Origin: Planctomycetota bacterium
Lineage (GTDB): Bacteria > Planctomycetota > B15-G4 > JADJEK01
Reading direction: 5' to 3'
DNA length: 15,352 bases
Assembly: GCA_044225365.1 (NCBI GenBank)
Contig: JBGAIQ010000084.1
Location: forward strand, 1-15,352
The position numbers and the translations under genes were made by a program. The notes beneath the pieces were generated by a model. That model made no database searches and had not been told where the DNA came from. It saw only the letters and a program-made list of their open reading frames with translations. Positions 7,323-15,352 of the stretch are shown in pieces; the first letter of the stretch is position 1; every line of letters begins with the position of its first letter.

Positions 7323-7547
7323 ATGTCGTCCCTGCTCGATCTCTCCGCCGGCGCCGAGGCCACGCTCTCTCGTCTCGGAGGCACGCGCTCGTTCCAACGA
7401 CGTCTCATGGAGATGGGCCTCTTGCCCGGTACGCGCGTCCGTCTCGTCCGTCGCAATGACATTGGCGGAGTGATCGAACTCGAAGTCCGGCGCTGCCGCG
7501 TCACCCTTCGCAAGCACGACGCCGGCGAGATCCGAGTCGAAGAGTGA
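7323..7547 (+). CDS. feoA: Ferrous iron transport protein A, 74 aa
   Basis: RRLMEMGLLPGTRVRLVR..IELEVRRCRVTLRKHDA FeoA SH3-like signature; its stop overlaps the feoB start (GTGA). Start trimmed to ATG 7323. Confidence 0.92.
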   Translation: MSSLLDLSAGAEATLSRLGGTRSFQRRLMEMGLLPGTRVRLVRRNDIGGVIELEVRRCRVTLRKHDAGEIRVEE

Positions 7548-9757
7548 GCGGGAACGCCGTCGCCACGCGGACCGTCGTCATCGCGGGCAATCCCAACACC
7601 GGTAAGTCGACATTGTTCGCCGCGCTCACGGGCGCGAGAGTTCGGATCGGCAACTATCCGGGCGTCACCGTCGAGAGGCAGACCGCCAAGCTAGCGCTGC
7701 CTGACCTCACCTCCGCCGACCTCGTCGATTCGCCGGGTACCTACAGCCTGTCGGCGCGCACCAAGGACGAATTCGTCGCGCTCGAGGCCGTCGCGGGCCT
7801 GCCGCCTCTCGATCGCCCCGCACTGATCGTCAACGTCGTCGATGCGACGCAACTCACCCGCAACCTCTACCTCACCCTGCAGCTGATCGAGCTCGGTCTG
7901 CCCGTCATCGTCGCGCTCAACATGATGGACGACGCGGTGAACGCGGGACTCCACATCGATGCTCCCAAGCTCGAGCACGCACTCGGGGTCCCGGTGGTCG
8001 CGCTCGCCGCTCGCAAGGGGGAAGGGATCGAGGAACTGCGCCGGCGCATCGCCGCCGTGCTTCACGACAAGAAACGCGCCATCGCCGACTGGCGCTGGAA
8101 GCCGAGCGATCCAAAGGTGCTCGAGGACATCGCAGCCGTCGAGCCGCACGTTCCGGAGTCGTGGCATCTTTCCGATCCGAATCGACGGCGTGCGCTCGCG
8201 ATCTGGGCGCTCTTGTCCCTCGACGACGAGGACGAGATCGAGGACGCACCCGCGGCGATGCGCGACGCCGTGCGGATTCGCCGCTCCAACGCCGTCACCG
8301 CCGGACGCGATCTCGATCAGGAGGTCATATCCGGGCGCTATCGCTGGATCGATCAGCATGCGCCGTCGTTCCTCCGCGATCGTCGCTGGGTGAAGTCCCT
8401 CTCCGATCGGATCGATCATTTCCTGCTGAGTCCGTGGATCGGCTTCCCGTTCTTCGCCGCGCTCATGGTGTTCCTGTTCCAGGCGCTCTTCACCTGGTCC
8501 GAGCCCGTGGTCTCCGTGATCGAGGACGTCGTCGCAGGAGTCGGGAGCTTCGCGCATTCGCGACTCGGCGATGGCGCGTTCACCGATTTCGTCGAGGACG
8601 GCGTGATTGGAGGCGTCGGCGCGTTCCTCGTGTTCCTCCCGCAGATCCTGCTCCTCACGCTGTTCTTGCAGATCATGGAGGACAGCGGATACATGGCGCG
8701 CGTCGCCGTGATCATGGACCGACTCATGCGCTCGCTCGGTCTCCACGGCCGGGCCTTCGTGCCGATGCTCTCGGGGTATGCGTGCGCCGTCCCGGCGATC
8801 CTCGCGACGCGCAACATGGAGCGGCAGCGCGACCGGTTGCTCACGATCATGGTGCTGCCGTTCATGACCTGCTCGGCGCGACTACCGGTCTACGCCCTGC
8901 TCATCGCGACGATCTGGCCGCACGGCGAATCGCCCCGCGGCGCTGGGCTGCTGCTCACGTTCATGTACGTGTTCGGAACGGCAACGGCGCTGATCTCCGC
9001 GCTCGTTCTCGGTCGCTCGAAATTCAAAGGTACGTCGATCCCCCTGCTCATCGAGATGCCGCCGTATCGCCTTCCCAATGCGCGAGTCGTGCTGCGATCG
9101 CTCTGGCAACAGTCGCGAGAATTCGTCACCAAGGCCGGATCCGTGATCCTCGTCTGCTCGATCGGCATGTGGCTCCTCCTCCATTTCCCGCGCGACGCGT
9201 CGCTCGCCGAGAAGTTCGACCGTCCGATTGCGGAAGTGAGTGCGAAGCTCGACGATCCGAACCTCGATGCCGCCTCTCAGAAGGCCCTCGACGAAGAACT
9301 CGCGAGCCTCGAAGCCGGTCGTATGGCGGATCTGGCGCATCACAGTATCGCGGGTCGCCTCGGTCACCTGATCGAACCGATCCTGAAGCCGCTCGGATTC
9401 GACTGGCGAATCGGCATCGGCGTGATCGGTGCGTTCGCCGCGCGCGAGGTCTTCGTCTCGACGATGGGCGTCGTCTACGGCACGGGCGCCGATGTCGACG
9501 AAGAGACTCCCGGGCTACGCGAACGGCTCGCAGATGCGCGCTGGCCGGACGGCAAGCGTGTGTTCACACCTCTCGCCTGCCTCTCGCTGATGATTTTCTT
9601 CGCCCTCGCCTGCCAATGCATGAGCACGCTCGCGACCGTACGTCGCGAGACGAAATCCTGGGGGCTCACCGGGTTCATGTTCGCGTACATGACGGTCGCC
9701 GCGTGGATCGCGAGTTTCGTCGCGTTCCAGGGCGGACGCCTGCTCGGCTTCGAATAG
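7544..9757 (+). CDS. feoB: Ferrous iron transport protein B, 737 aa
   Basis: G1 GNPNTGKS, G2 NYPGVTVE, G3 DSPGTYSL, G4 NMMD; membrane gate motifs EDSGYMAR, GYACAVP, PFMTCSARLPVY, AAREVFV. Confidence 0.97.
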   Translation: MSGNAVATRTVVIAGNPNTGKSTLFAALTGARVRIGNYPGVTVERQTAKLALPDLTSADLVDSPGTYSLSARTKDEFVALEAVAGLPPLDRPALIVNVVDATQLTRNLYLTLQLIELGLPVIVALNMMDDAVNAGLHIDAPKLEHALGVPVVALAARKGEGIEELRRRIAAVLHDKKRAIADWRWKPSDPKVLEDIAAVEPHVPESWHLSDPNRRRALAIWALLSLDDEDEIEDAPAAMRDAVRIRRSNAVTAGRDLDQEVISGRYRWIDQHAPSFLRDRRWVKSLSDRIDHFLLSPWIGFPFFAALMVFLFQALFTWSEPVVSVIEDVVAGVGSFAHSRLGDGAFTDFVEDGVIGGVGAFLVFLPQILLLTLFLQIMEDSGYMARVAVIMDRLMRSLGLHGRAFVPMLSGYACAVPAILATRNMERQRDRLLTIMVLPFMTCSARLPVYALLIATIWPHGESPRGAGLLLTFMYVFGTATALISALVLGRSKFKGTSIPLLIEMPPYRLPNARVVLRSLWQQSREFVTKAGSVILVCSIGMWLLLHFPRDASLAEKFDRPIAEVSAKLDDPNLDAASQKALDEELASLEAGRMADLAHHSIAGRLGHLIEPILKPLGFDWRIGIGVIGAFAAREVFVSTMGVVYGTGADVDEETPGLRERLADARWPDGKRVFTPLACLSLMIFFALACQCMSTLATVRRETKSWGLTGFMFAYMTVAAWIASFVAFQGGRLLGFE

Positions 9758-9823
9758 AGTGTTTCCGCTTGCGTAGGCCGTCGCCATAGAATGCGGCTGC
9801 GATCGCATGCCCGGAGAACTCGA

Positions 9824-10258
9824 ATGTCCAGTGGCTCGTCCCGCCTCGCCCCCATCCCCCTCCGCCTCGCGCTCGGCGCCGTGCTCTGCTACCACGGCTA
9901 CCTGATCCTCTACAAAGGCGAGCCGAATCCGTTCCACACGATCGATCTGCCGAACCGCGACATCATCGCTCAGATTGCGGCCTGGGGCCAACTCGCGGGC
10001 GGCGGGATGATCCTCGTCGGTCTACTCACGCGCCTCGCGGCGCTGCTCAACGCCGGCGCGTTCTTCGTCATGATCTGGAAGTTGAAGCTCGGGACCGACA
10101 TCCTCGCCGGCCTCAAGAACCTCCCCAGCTACGAATTCTGGCTCCTGATCCTCGCGGGCTGCTGGGCGCTCGTCCTGATGGGTGGCGGCGCACTCTCCGC
10201 GGACGGAATGTTCGGCGGCGGTGGCGGTTCGCGATCGGCGCCGCCCGCCAAGGCTTGA
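9824..10258 (+). CDS. DoxX-family membrane protein, 144 aa
   Basis: LRLALGAV...HG, QLAGGGMILVGLLTRLAAL, YEFWLLIL...GGGALSAD DoxX pattern; GGAG SD at 9813-9816; TAGAAT -10-like hexamer at 9787-9792. Confidence 0.85.
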   Translation: MSSGSSRLAPIPLRLALGAVLCYHGYLILYKGEPNPFHTIDLPNRDIIAQIAAWGQLAGGGMILVGLLTRLAALLNAGAFFVMIWKLKLGTDILAGLKNLPSYEFWLLILAGCWALVLMGGGALSADGMFGGGGGSRSAPPAKA

Positions 10259-10279
10259 GTTCGAGCGAACCTCGCAGCG

Positions 10280-12820
10280 TCAACGGCGCGGCGTAGGCCT
10301 CGCAGTCGGTTGTGCTGTCGTCGGATCCTCGGGCCAGGAGTGCCGAGGGTACTTGCGCATGAGTTCGCGACGTTCGCGCGGATAGAGATTCGACCAGAAG
10401 CTCGACAGATCGGATGTGATCTGCACCGACTTGCCGCCTGGGGTGAGGAGGTCGATCGCGATCACCGTACGACCATCGCAGATTCGCGGTGACGACTTCT
10501 GCCCGAAGAACTCCTGGAGACGCGCAGCGATGCGTGGCGGACGACCTCGCACGTACTCGATCTCCGCCGATCGCCCCGACGGCAAGGTGAGTCGGCGCGG
10601 TACGAGCCGTTCGAGCAACCCGTAGAGACTCGGACCGGAGTATCCCGGCGGAGTGATCGCGTCGACGATCCCGCGCGCGACCTGCTCGATCTCGATCGCA
10701 TCGAGCCGCGAGAGGCCGATGAGCGAGCGTTCGAGTGCGGAACGAATGAGCGCACCGTCGGGCTCGAGGAGTCCGAGTTCGGGTTTCGCCTGTCGCACGC
10801 AATCGATTCTCGCGAGCCACTCATCGAGCCCGCGCGCGCGCAGGGACTCCAGATACCGCGGATGCGTCGCCGCTTCGGCAAGGAGCTTCGCGGCGACGAC
10901 CGGGTCGGGATCGCACGCCGCGAGTTCGCGCAGAGGCAATCCCAGGAAGAAACGCCGGCGGCGCGCCTCGACACGACCCTTTGCTTCATCGAAACGCGTC
11001 TCGATCTCGTCGCGCAGGAGCGAGGGATGCAACTCCTCGAGCCATTCTTCGCGGACCTCCGAGAGGAGCGATGCCTTCACCTTGCGCCCTTGCAGTTCGA
11101 CGGCATCGACGGCCACGAACAGCTCCGCGTCGCGCACTCCCGACGAGGCGTCGATCTCGAAGGTGAGGCCGTTCGCCGCGATGGCGTCGCCCCCGCCCTT
11201 CGAGCGTCTCCTGGCGACGCGGTCCGGGAATCCCGCGAGGACGCACCGCAGGAGATCGTCCTCGTCGGCGCCGTTCGATCGATCTCTGCCCCGCACCGAG
11301 CGCTCCAATTCGCGGGCTTCCCGGTCGACGGCTCGCGCGGCGCGCGCGTCGATTCCGATCGAGGCGCAGGTGCCGAAGTGAAAGTTCGCGGCGCGCGCTT
11401 CGAAGAACCGATCGCGGAGCTGCAAGAGATCGGAACGGCTGACGACCGGCTTGTCGCGATGCGCGCGAGCGACGATCGTCGAGTTCCCCGCGAGCGCCGC
11501 CAGAACGGCGCCGTCCTCGCTCACACCGCGGTCGATCGCCTCGACGAGGAGGCGTGCGATGCGCGGCGCGACGGGCAACTTCGCGAGACGCGCCCCGAGC
11601 GGAGTGAGCGTGCCTTGGATAGAGACGGCGCCAAGGAGGCGCAGGAGTTCGAGCCCAGCCTCGATCGCCGGGAGCGGCGGCTTCGTCACCCAGGCGAACG
11701 CCGACGGATCACGAACACCGAATGCGAGCAGAGCGAGCAAGGTGCTCGCGAGATCGACGCGCGTCACTTCCGGTTCGAGCGCTTCGTCGAGTCGGCTCTC
11801 CTCGATCTTCGTGAACAGGCGGATGGCGCGCCCCGGACTCTGGCGTCCCGCGCGCCCGGCGCGCTGCGTGAGATTCGCACGCGAGACGTGCTCGAGCTGG
11901 AGCCGCTCGACGCCCGTCTTCGGCGACGACCGCAGGACGCGCGCAAGCCCCGAATCGATGACGAGGGCAATTCCGTCGAGCGTGAGCGACGTCTCGGCGA
12001 CGTTCGTCGCGAGCACGAGTCGCGGTCGCGCGCCGCGACGCACGGCCCGCTCCTGGTCCTCCACCGGCTGATCGCCGTGGAGCGGGAGGATGTCGAATCC
12101 CACCTCGTTCGCCACGTCGCGAAGCTCGTTCTGCGTCCGCGCGATCTCGCCGACTCCCGGCAGGAAGACGAGCGTATCGCAGGGGAGCCGTCCGCCCGCC
12201 GCGTCGATGACGCGACGAACGGCCTTTCCGACGAGGAGCGGCGCCGGCGAATCGTCGGGACGATCGAGATGCTCGACGACGACGGGATGCGCGCGGCCGT
12301 CCGTCCGGACGACGACGGCGCCGAGCTCCTTCGCGAGGCCTTCGGCGTCGAGCGTCGCCGACATCACGACGATCCGCAGGTCGGGACGGATCGTCGCCTG
12401 GATCTCGCGCACGAAACCGAGGCCGACGTCGGCGTTCAGCGAGCGTTCGTGGAACTCGTCGAAGATCACGACGTCGACGCCGCGGAGTTCGACGTCGCCG
12501 AGAAGTCGTCGCGTGAGCAGTCCCTCGGTCAGGAACATGAGCCGCGTCTTCGCCGACGCCACGCGCTCGAATCGGACTTGGTATCCGATCGTCTCGCCGA
12601 GCACTTCCCCGCGCTCCTGTGCGACTCGGCGCGCCGCGAGTCGCGCGGCGATGCGACGCGGCTCGAGCACGACCACGCCCGAGAATCCCGCGTCGATCAG
12701 CGCGGGCGGAACACGAGTCGTCTTGCCGGATCCCGGAGGCGCTTCGAGCACGACATCGCGGCCGCCGCGCAAGTGCGCGGTGATCGTGTCGAGCACGGAG
12801 TCGATCGGGAGGGATTCCAT
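10280..12820 (-). CDS. hrpB: ATP-dependent DEAH/RHA RNA helicase HrpB, 846 aa
   Basis: APPGSGKTT, LEPRRIAAR, DEFHER, MSATL, ATNVAETSLT, QRAGRAGR; HrpB C-terminus (RLQEFFG...QITSDLSSFW..YP...KYPRHSWPEDP). Start trimmed to ATG 12820 (MESLPID). Confidence 0.95.
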   Translation of the reverse strand: MESLPIDSVLDTITAHLRGGRDVVLEAPPGSGKTTRVPPALIDAGFSGVVVLEPRRIAARLAARRVAQERGEVLGETIGYQVRFERVASAKTRLMFLTEGLLTRRLLGDVELRGVDVVIFDEFHERSLNADVGLGFVREIQATIRPDLRIVVMSATLDAEGLAKELGAVVVRTDGRAHPVVVEHLDRPDDSPAPLLVGKAVRRVIDAAGGRLPCDTLVFLPGVGEIARTQNELRDVANEVGFDILPLHGDQPVEDQERAVRRGARPRLVLATNVAETSLTLDGIALVIDSGLARVLRSSPKTGVERLQLEHVSRANLTQRAGRAGRQSPGRAIRLFTKIEESRLDEALEPEVTRVDLASTLLALLAFGVRDPSAFAWVTKPPLPAIEAGLELLRLLGAVSIQGTLTPLGARLAKLPVAPRIARLLVEAIDRGVSEDGAVLAALAGNSTIVARAHRDKPVVSRSDLLQLRDRFFEARAANFHFGTCASIGIDARAARAVDREARELERSVRGRDRSNGADEDDLLRCVLAGFPDRVARRRSKGGGDAIAANGLTFEIDASSGVRDAELFVAVDAVELQGRKVKASLLSEVREEWLEELHPSLLRDEIETRFDEAKGRVEARRRRFFLGLPLRELAACDPDPVVAAKLLAEAATHPRYLESLRARGLDEWLARIDCVRQAKPELGLLEPDGALIRSALERSLIGLSRLDAIEIEQVARGIVDAITPPGYSGPSLYGLLERLVPRRLTLPSGRSAEIEYVRGRPPRIAARLQEFFGQKSSPRICDGRTVIAIDLLTPGGKSVQITSDLSSFWSNLYPRERRELMRKYPRHSWPEDPTTAQPTARPTPRR

Positions 12821-12842
12821 GAAGTCGTTCGCCGTGATGCGA

Positions 12843-12857
12843 TCCGTACAATACGGA
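12843..12857 (+). promoter_or_regulatory. Palindrome TCCGTA-CAA-TACGGA containing a -10-like TACAAT
   Basis: TACAAT at 12847-12852, 7 nt before ATG 12860, in a 39-bp divergent intergenic region. Confidence 0.5.
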
Positions 12858-12859
12858 AG

Positions 12860-13711
12860 ATGCGAATCCTCGCCATCCTCTTCGGAATCCTCTCGGTCGC
12901 GGTCCTCACCTGCGTCGGCGCACTCAAGGTGTTCGCGCGCCAGTTCGACAAGCGGGTCGAGGCGGCGAAGTCGGCGTTGGCGAAAGTCGGAGAGAACGCC
13001 TTCGATCCGGCGTCGGTGCAGGACCTGCCACCCGCGGCGCGCGCCTACCTTCTCCACGCCATCGCGCCCGGCACGCCGCTGTTCGCATCCGTGGATCTGC
13101 GCTTCGGGGGCACGATCCGCACGGCGCCGAATGCGCCGGCGCAGGCGATCTCCGCCGAAGAGCGGCTCGCACCGGGATTCGGCTACGTTTGGAAGGTCGA
13201 ACTGTCGGCGGCGAACGTCTCGGGAGTCGAGATGTATCACGACGGTTCGGCGTCGATCCGTTACGTACGCGGCGGGTTCCTGCCCGCGACGGAGGAAGGA
13301 CTCGACGTCGATCGCGCGGCCCGCGCACGACTCGCTCTCGAGTCGGTCCTCCTGCCGACCTCGCTGGTCCCGTCGCGCGGCGCGGAGTGGGAAGAAGGGA
13401 CCGACCAAGACGCCACGCACGCCGTCGTCCATCTCGTCATCGATCGGGAGGAAATCGACCTCGCGATCGAGGTGGACGGCACCGGGCGCCTCGTGCGGGC
13501 GATGGTGAAACGACCGACCCTGCTCGAGCGAGGCGGATCGTTCGTCGATCTGAAATATGTCCTCGCGCCGAAAGCTGAACGCACGCTGCTTGGGCTCACG
13601 GTTCCGAGCGAGTACCGTTCGTACTACCTTCAAGGACCGGGCGGCGAAGGGAAGCAGGACGTCGAAATCGAGGTTGCGACCACGAACCTGCTCGACCTCG
13701 CACCGCGGTGA
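12860..13711 (+). CDS. Membrane-anchored uncharacterised protein, DUF6544/DUF6920-like, 283 aa
   Basis: N-terminal TM; DLPPAARAYLLHAIAPGTP, GYVW, DVDRAARARLALESVLLPTSL, VDGTGRL, GLTVPS pattern, recalled from this family. Start trimmed to ATG 12860. Confidence 0.75.
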   Translation: MRILAILFGILSVAVLTCVGALKVFARQFDKRVEAAKSALAKVGENAFDPASVQDLPPAARAYLLHAIAPGTPLFASVDLRFGGTIRTAPNAPAQAISAEERLAPGFGYVWKVELSAANVSGVEMYHDGSASIRYVRGGFLPATEEGLDVDRAARARLALESVLLPTSLVPSRGAEWEEGTDQDATHAVVHLVIDREEIDLAIEVDGTGRLVRAMVKRPTLLERGGSFVDLKYVLAPKAERTLLGLTVPSEYRSYYLQGPGGEGKQDVEIEVATTNLLDLAPR

Positions 13712-13773
13712 GTTCTCGTTCTCGCGGGTAGTTTCATTGAGATTCGAGTTCGAAGCGCTCGAATCGACGGACC

Positions 13774-14490
13774 ATGCAGCCCCTCATCCACAAGATCCTC
13801 GTCGTCCACATCGCGTTCGCGATGGGCTGCGCCCTCTCGTTCTGGCCACCGTTCTTCCTCGCCAAGGGGGGTCGCTGGCACCTGCGAATCGGAAAGATCT
13901 ACTGCGCTCTGCTCGCACTCATGACGAGCACGGCGCTGACCATCACGATCATGTCGTACCTCGATGCCGAAGCGGCGACGCACCGCCCCGACACCGGGAT
14001 GCTGCTCGATCGGTTCCGCCATGACGTGTTCGAGTACCGCGCCCATCTCGTATTCCTCGGGTTCATCGCGATCGGCACGGTGCAGGCGCTGGCGTTCGGA
14101 CTGCGGTCATTGAAGGTGACACCGAATCCGGGCGAACCGGTGGTGCACGCGATCCTCGGAACGACGGGATTGCTCATCGTCGCGCTCGGTGTAGTCGTTC
14201 GATTTCTGCCGATGAGCGTCGTCGGTCTCGTCGGCGCGATCCAAGGCGCGTTCTTCGCGGTGCGCAGCAAACGCGTCACGCAAAGCAGTCGACTCGCTGA
14301 TCATCTCACTGGAATGATCCAATCGGGCGTCCTCGCCTATTCGGCCATCGCGATCGTCGTCGCGAATCGCCGGATCCCCGAGTTCTTCCATGGCCCGAAC
14401 GGGATCGTGATCTGGGTCCTCCCCACCCTCATCGGTCTCCCCGCGATCCTGATCCTGCGCCGCAAGCACCTCACCGCGTCGCCCCCCTGA
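13774..14490 (+). CDS. Polytopic membrane protein, DUF2306-like, 238 aa
   Basis: VHIAFA...AKGGRWHLRIGKIY and DHLTGM...AYSA motifs; about 7 hydrophobic helices. Confidence 0.75.
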   Translation: MQPLIHKILVVHIAFAMGCALSFWPPFFLAKGGRWHLRIGKIYCALLALMTSTALTITIMSYLDAEAATHRPDTGMLLDRFRHDVFEYRAHLVFLGFIAIGTVQALAFGLRSLKVTPNPGEPVVHAILGTTGLLIVALGVVVRFLPMSVVGLVGAIQGAFFAVRSKRVTQSSRLADHLTGMIQSGVLAYSAIAIVVANRRIPEFFHGPNGIVIWVLPTLIGLPAILILRRKHLTASPP

Positions 14491-14495
14491 CCGCG

Positions 14496-14622
14496 CGGCG
14501 GTTACGGATCGCAGCCGCCGCCGCCGCTTCCGGCGGTTACGGATCGCAGCCGCCGCCGCCGCTTCCGGCGGTTTCCGCCGCCGCTTTCGGCGGTTACGGA
14601 TCGCAGCCGCCGCCGCCGTTTT
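14496..14622. repeat. 35-bp palindromic tandem repeat (2 identical units, one 22-nt truncated unit, one variant unit)
   Basis: CGGCGGTTACGGATCGCAGCCGCCGCCGCCGCTTC at 14496-14530 and 14531-14565; CGGCGGTTTCCGCCGCCGCTTT at 14566-14587; variant ending GTTTT at 14588-14622. Confidence 0.92.
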
Positions 14623-14680
14623 CTGCGAGAATTTGCCAAGTGGCGGCGACGCCGCGGCATTTCACGTTGCGGAAGACGAC

Positions 14681-15274
14681 ATGGACGACCGGCGATCTTC
14701 GGACCTTCTTGCGGCGCATGCACGCGGCGACGAGGGCGCATTCTCCGCGCTCGTCCGCCGCTACGAAGCGCCACTCCTCCGCTACGCCCGCTGCCTCTGC
14801 GGTGTGGATGCCGAGGACGTCGTGCAAGACGCGTTCCTGAAACTCGCCCGGACCCCTCCTCGTCTTCCGTCGAGCGCTGCCGACGATCCCGATCTGGGCT
14901 CCTCGGCGCTCGCCGCGTGGCTGTACCAAGTGACGAGGAATCGAGCGATGGAAACGCTGCGCAGCGAGAGACGACGCAAGGTCCGCGAGAACTCGAACGC
15001 TGCCTTCGAACGAACCGACGGCGACATGCAGACCCTGAACGACCGCGAGACGACCGCCCAGGTCGAAACCGCCATCGCGCGATTGCCGACCGACCAGCGC
15101 GAAGTCCTCGCCCTGCGGCTGCTCGCGGAGCGGTCGTATCGCGAGATTGCGGAGATCACGGGCAAGAAACTCGGGACGGTCGGCTGGCTCATCGCCACCG
15201 GCCTCTCGCAACTCACGCGCGACCTCGCTCCGAACGTCCTCGCCGAACGCGGCGAGAAAGAAGGTGTGCGATGA
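14681..15274 (+). CDS. ECF-type RNA polymerase sigma factor, 197 aa
   Basis: GDEGAFSALVRRY, DAEDVVQDAFLKL, AWLYQVTRNRA (sigma2); LPTDQREVLALR...SYREIAEITG (sigma4). Start trimmed to ATG 14681. Confidence 0.93.
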   Translation: MDDRRSSDLLAAHARGDEGAFSALVRRYEAPLLRYARCLCGVDAEDVVQDAFLKLARTPPRLPSSAADDPDLGSSALAAWLYQVTRNRAMETLRSERRRKVRENSNAAFERTDGDMQTLNDRETTAQVETAIARLPTDQREVLALRLLAERSYREIAEITGKKLGTVGWLIATGLSQLTRDLAPNVLAERGEKEGVR

Positions 15275-15352
15275 ACTGGATGACGACCGGACCCGAATCC
15301 ACGAACGACGACGTCGCCGTCGCGGCCTATCTCTTCGGCGAGCTCGACGCGA
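15271..15352 (+). CDS. Probable anti-sigma factor, N-terminus only; runs off the right edge
   Basis: ATGA overlap with the sigma stop codon; MNWMTTGPESTNDDVAVAAYLFGELDA, where AYLxGELD is typical of class I anti-sigma domains. Confidence 0.7.
   Translation, partial: MNWMTTGPESTNDDVAVAAYLFGELDA

Noticed and set aside
10280-13711. Giant overlapping ORFs (1117 aa minus, 949 aa plus) suggesting fused or overlapping genes
   Set aside because: Family motifs begin only at ATG 12820 (HrpB) and ATG 12860; the extensions are stop-free antisense shadows typical of high-GC coding DNA
14496-14622. CRISPR array (35-bp repeats)
   Set aside because: Units are directly adjacent with no unique spacers, and there are no cas genes in the window
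1-15352. Abundant CGATCG/TCGA palindromes (HIP1-like)
   Set aside because: Spread through coding regions and consistent with codon preference (ATC/GTC/CTC followed by G); enrichment cannot be shown without computation

Overview
High-GC bacterial chromosomal window. The FG-GAP repeat protein and the ECF sigma/anti-sigma pair suggest a Planctomycetota-like organism (inference only). Gene order: partial FG-GAP repeat protein (-), Rieske ferredoxin (-), hflK-hflC plus an uncharacterised single-pass membrane protein (+), two tandem full-length paralogous cobalamin-binding radical SAM enzymes (+) separated by a 370-bp hairpin-rich spacer, a sigma70 promoter and Fur-type box ahead of feoA-feoB (+), DoxX-like protein (+), hrpB helicase (-), then a divergent DUF6544-like protein and a DUF2306-like membrane protein (+), a 35-bp palindromic tandem repeat, an ECF sigma factor and the start of its probable anti-sigma (+). 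I saw no mobile element, CRISPR array, rRNA or tRNA. The best candidate for an undescribed system is the B12-radical SAM pair, which has no substrate gene nearby, together with its structured spacer. Second is the 35-bp repeat, whose reverse complement shares a spaced motif with the hrpB divergent intergenic region. All family assignments come from recognising motifs by eye, not from database searches.
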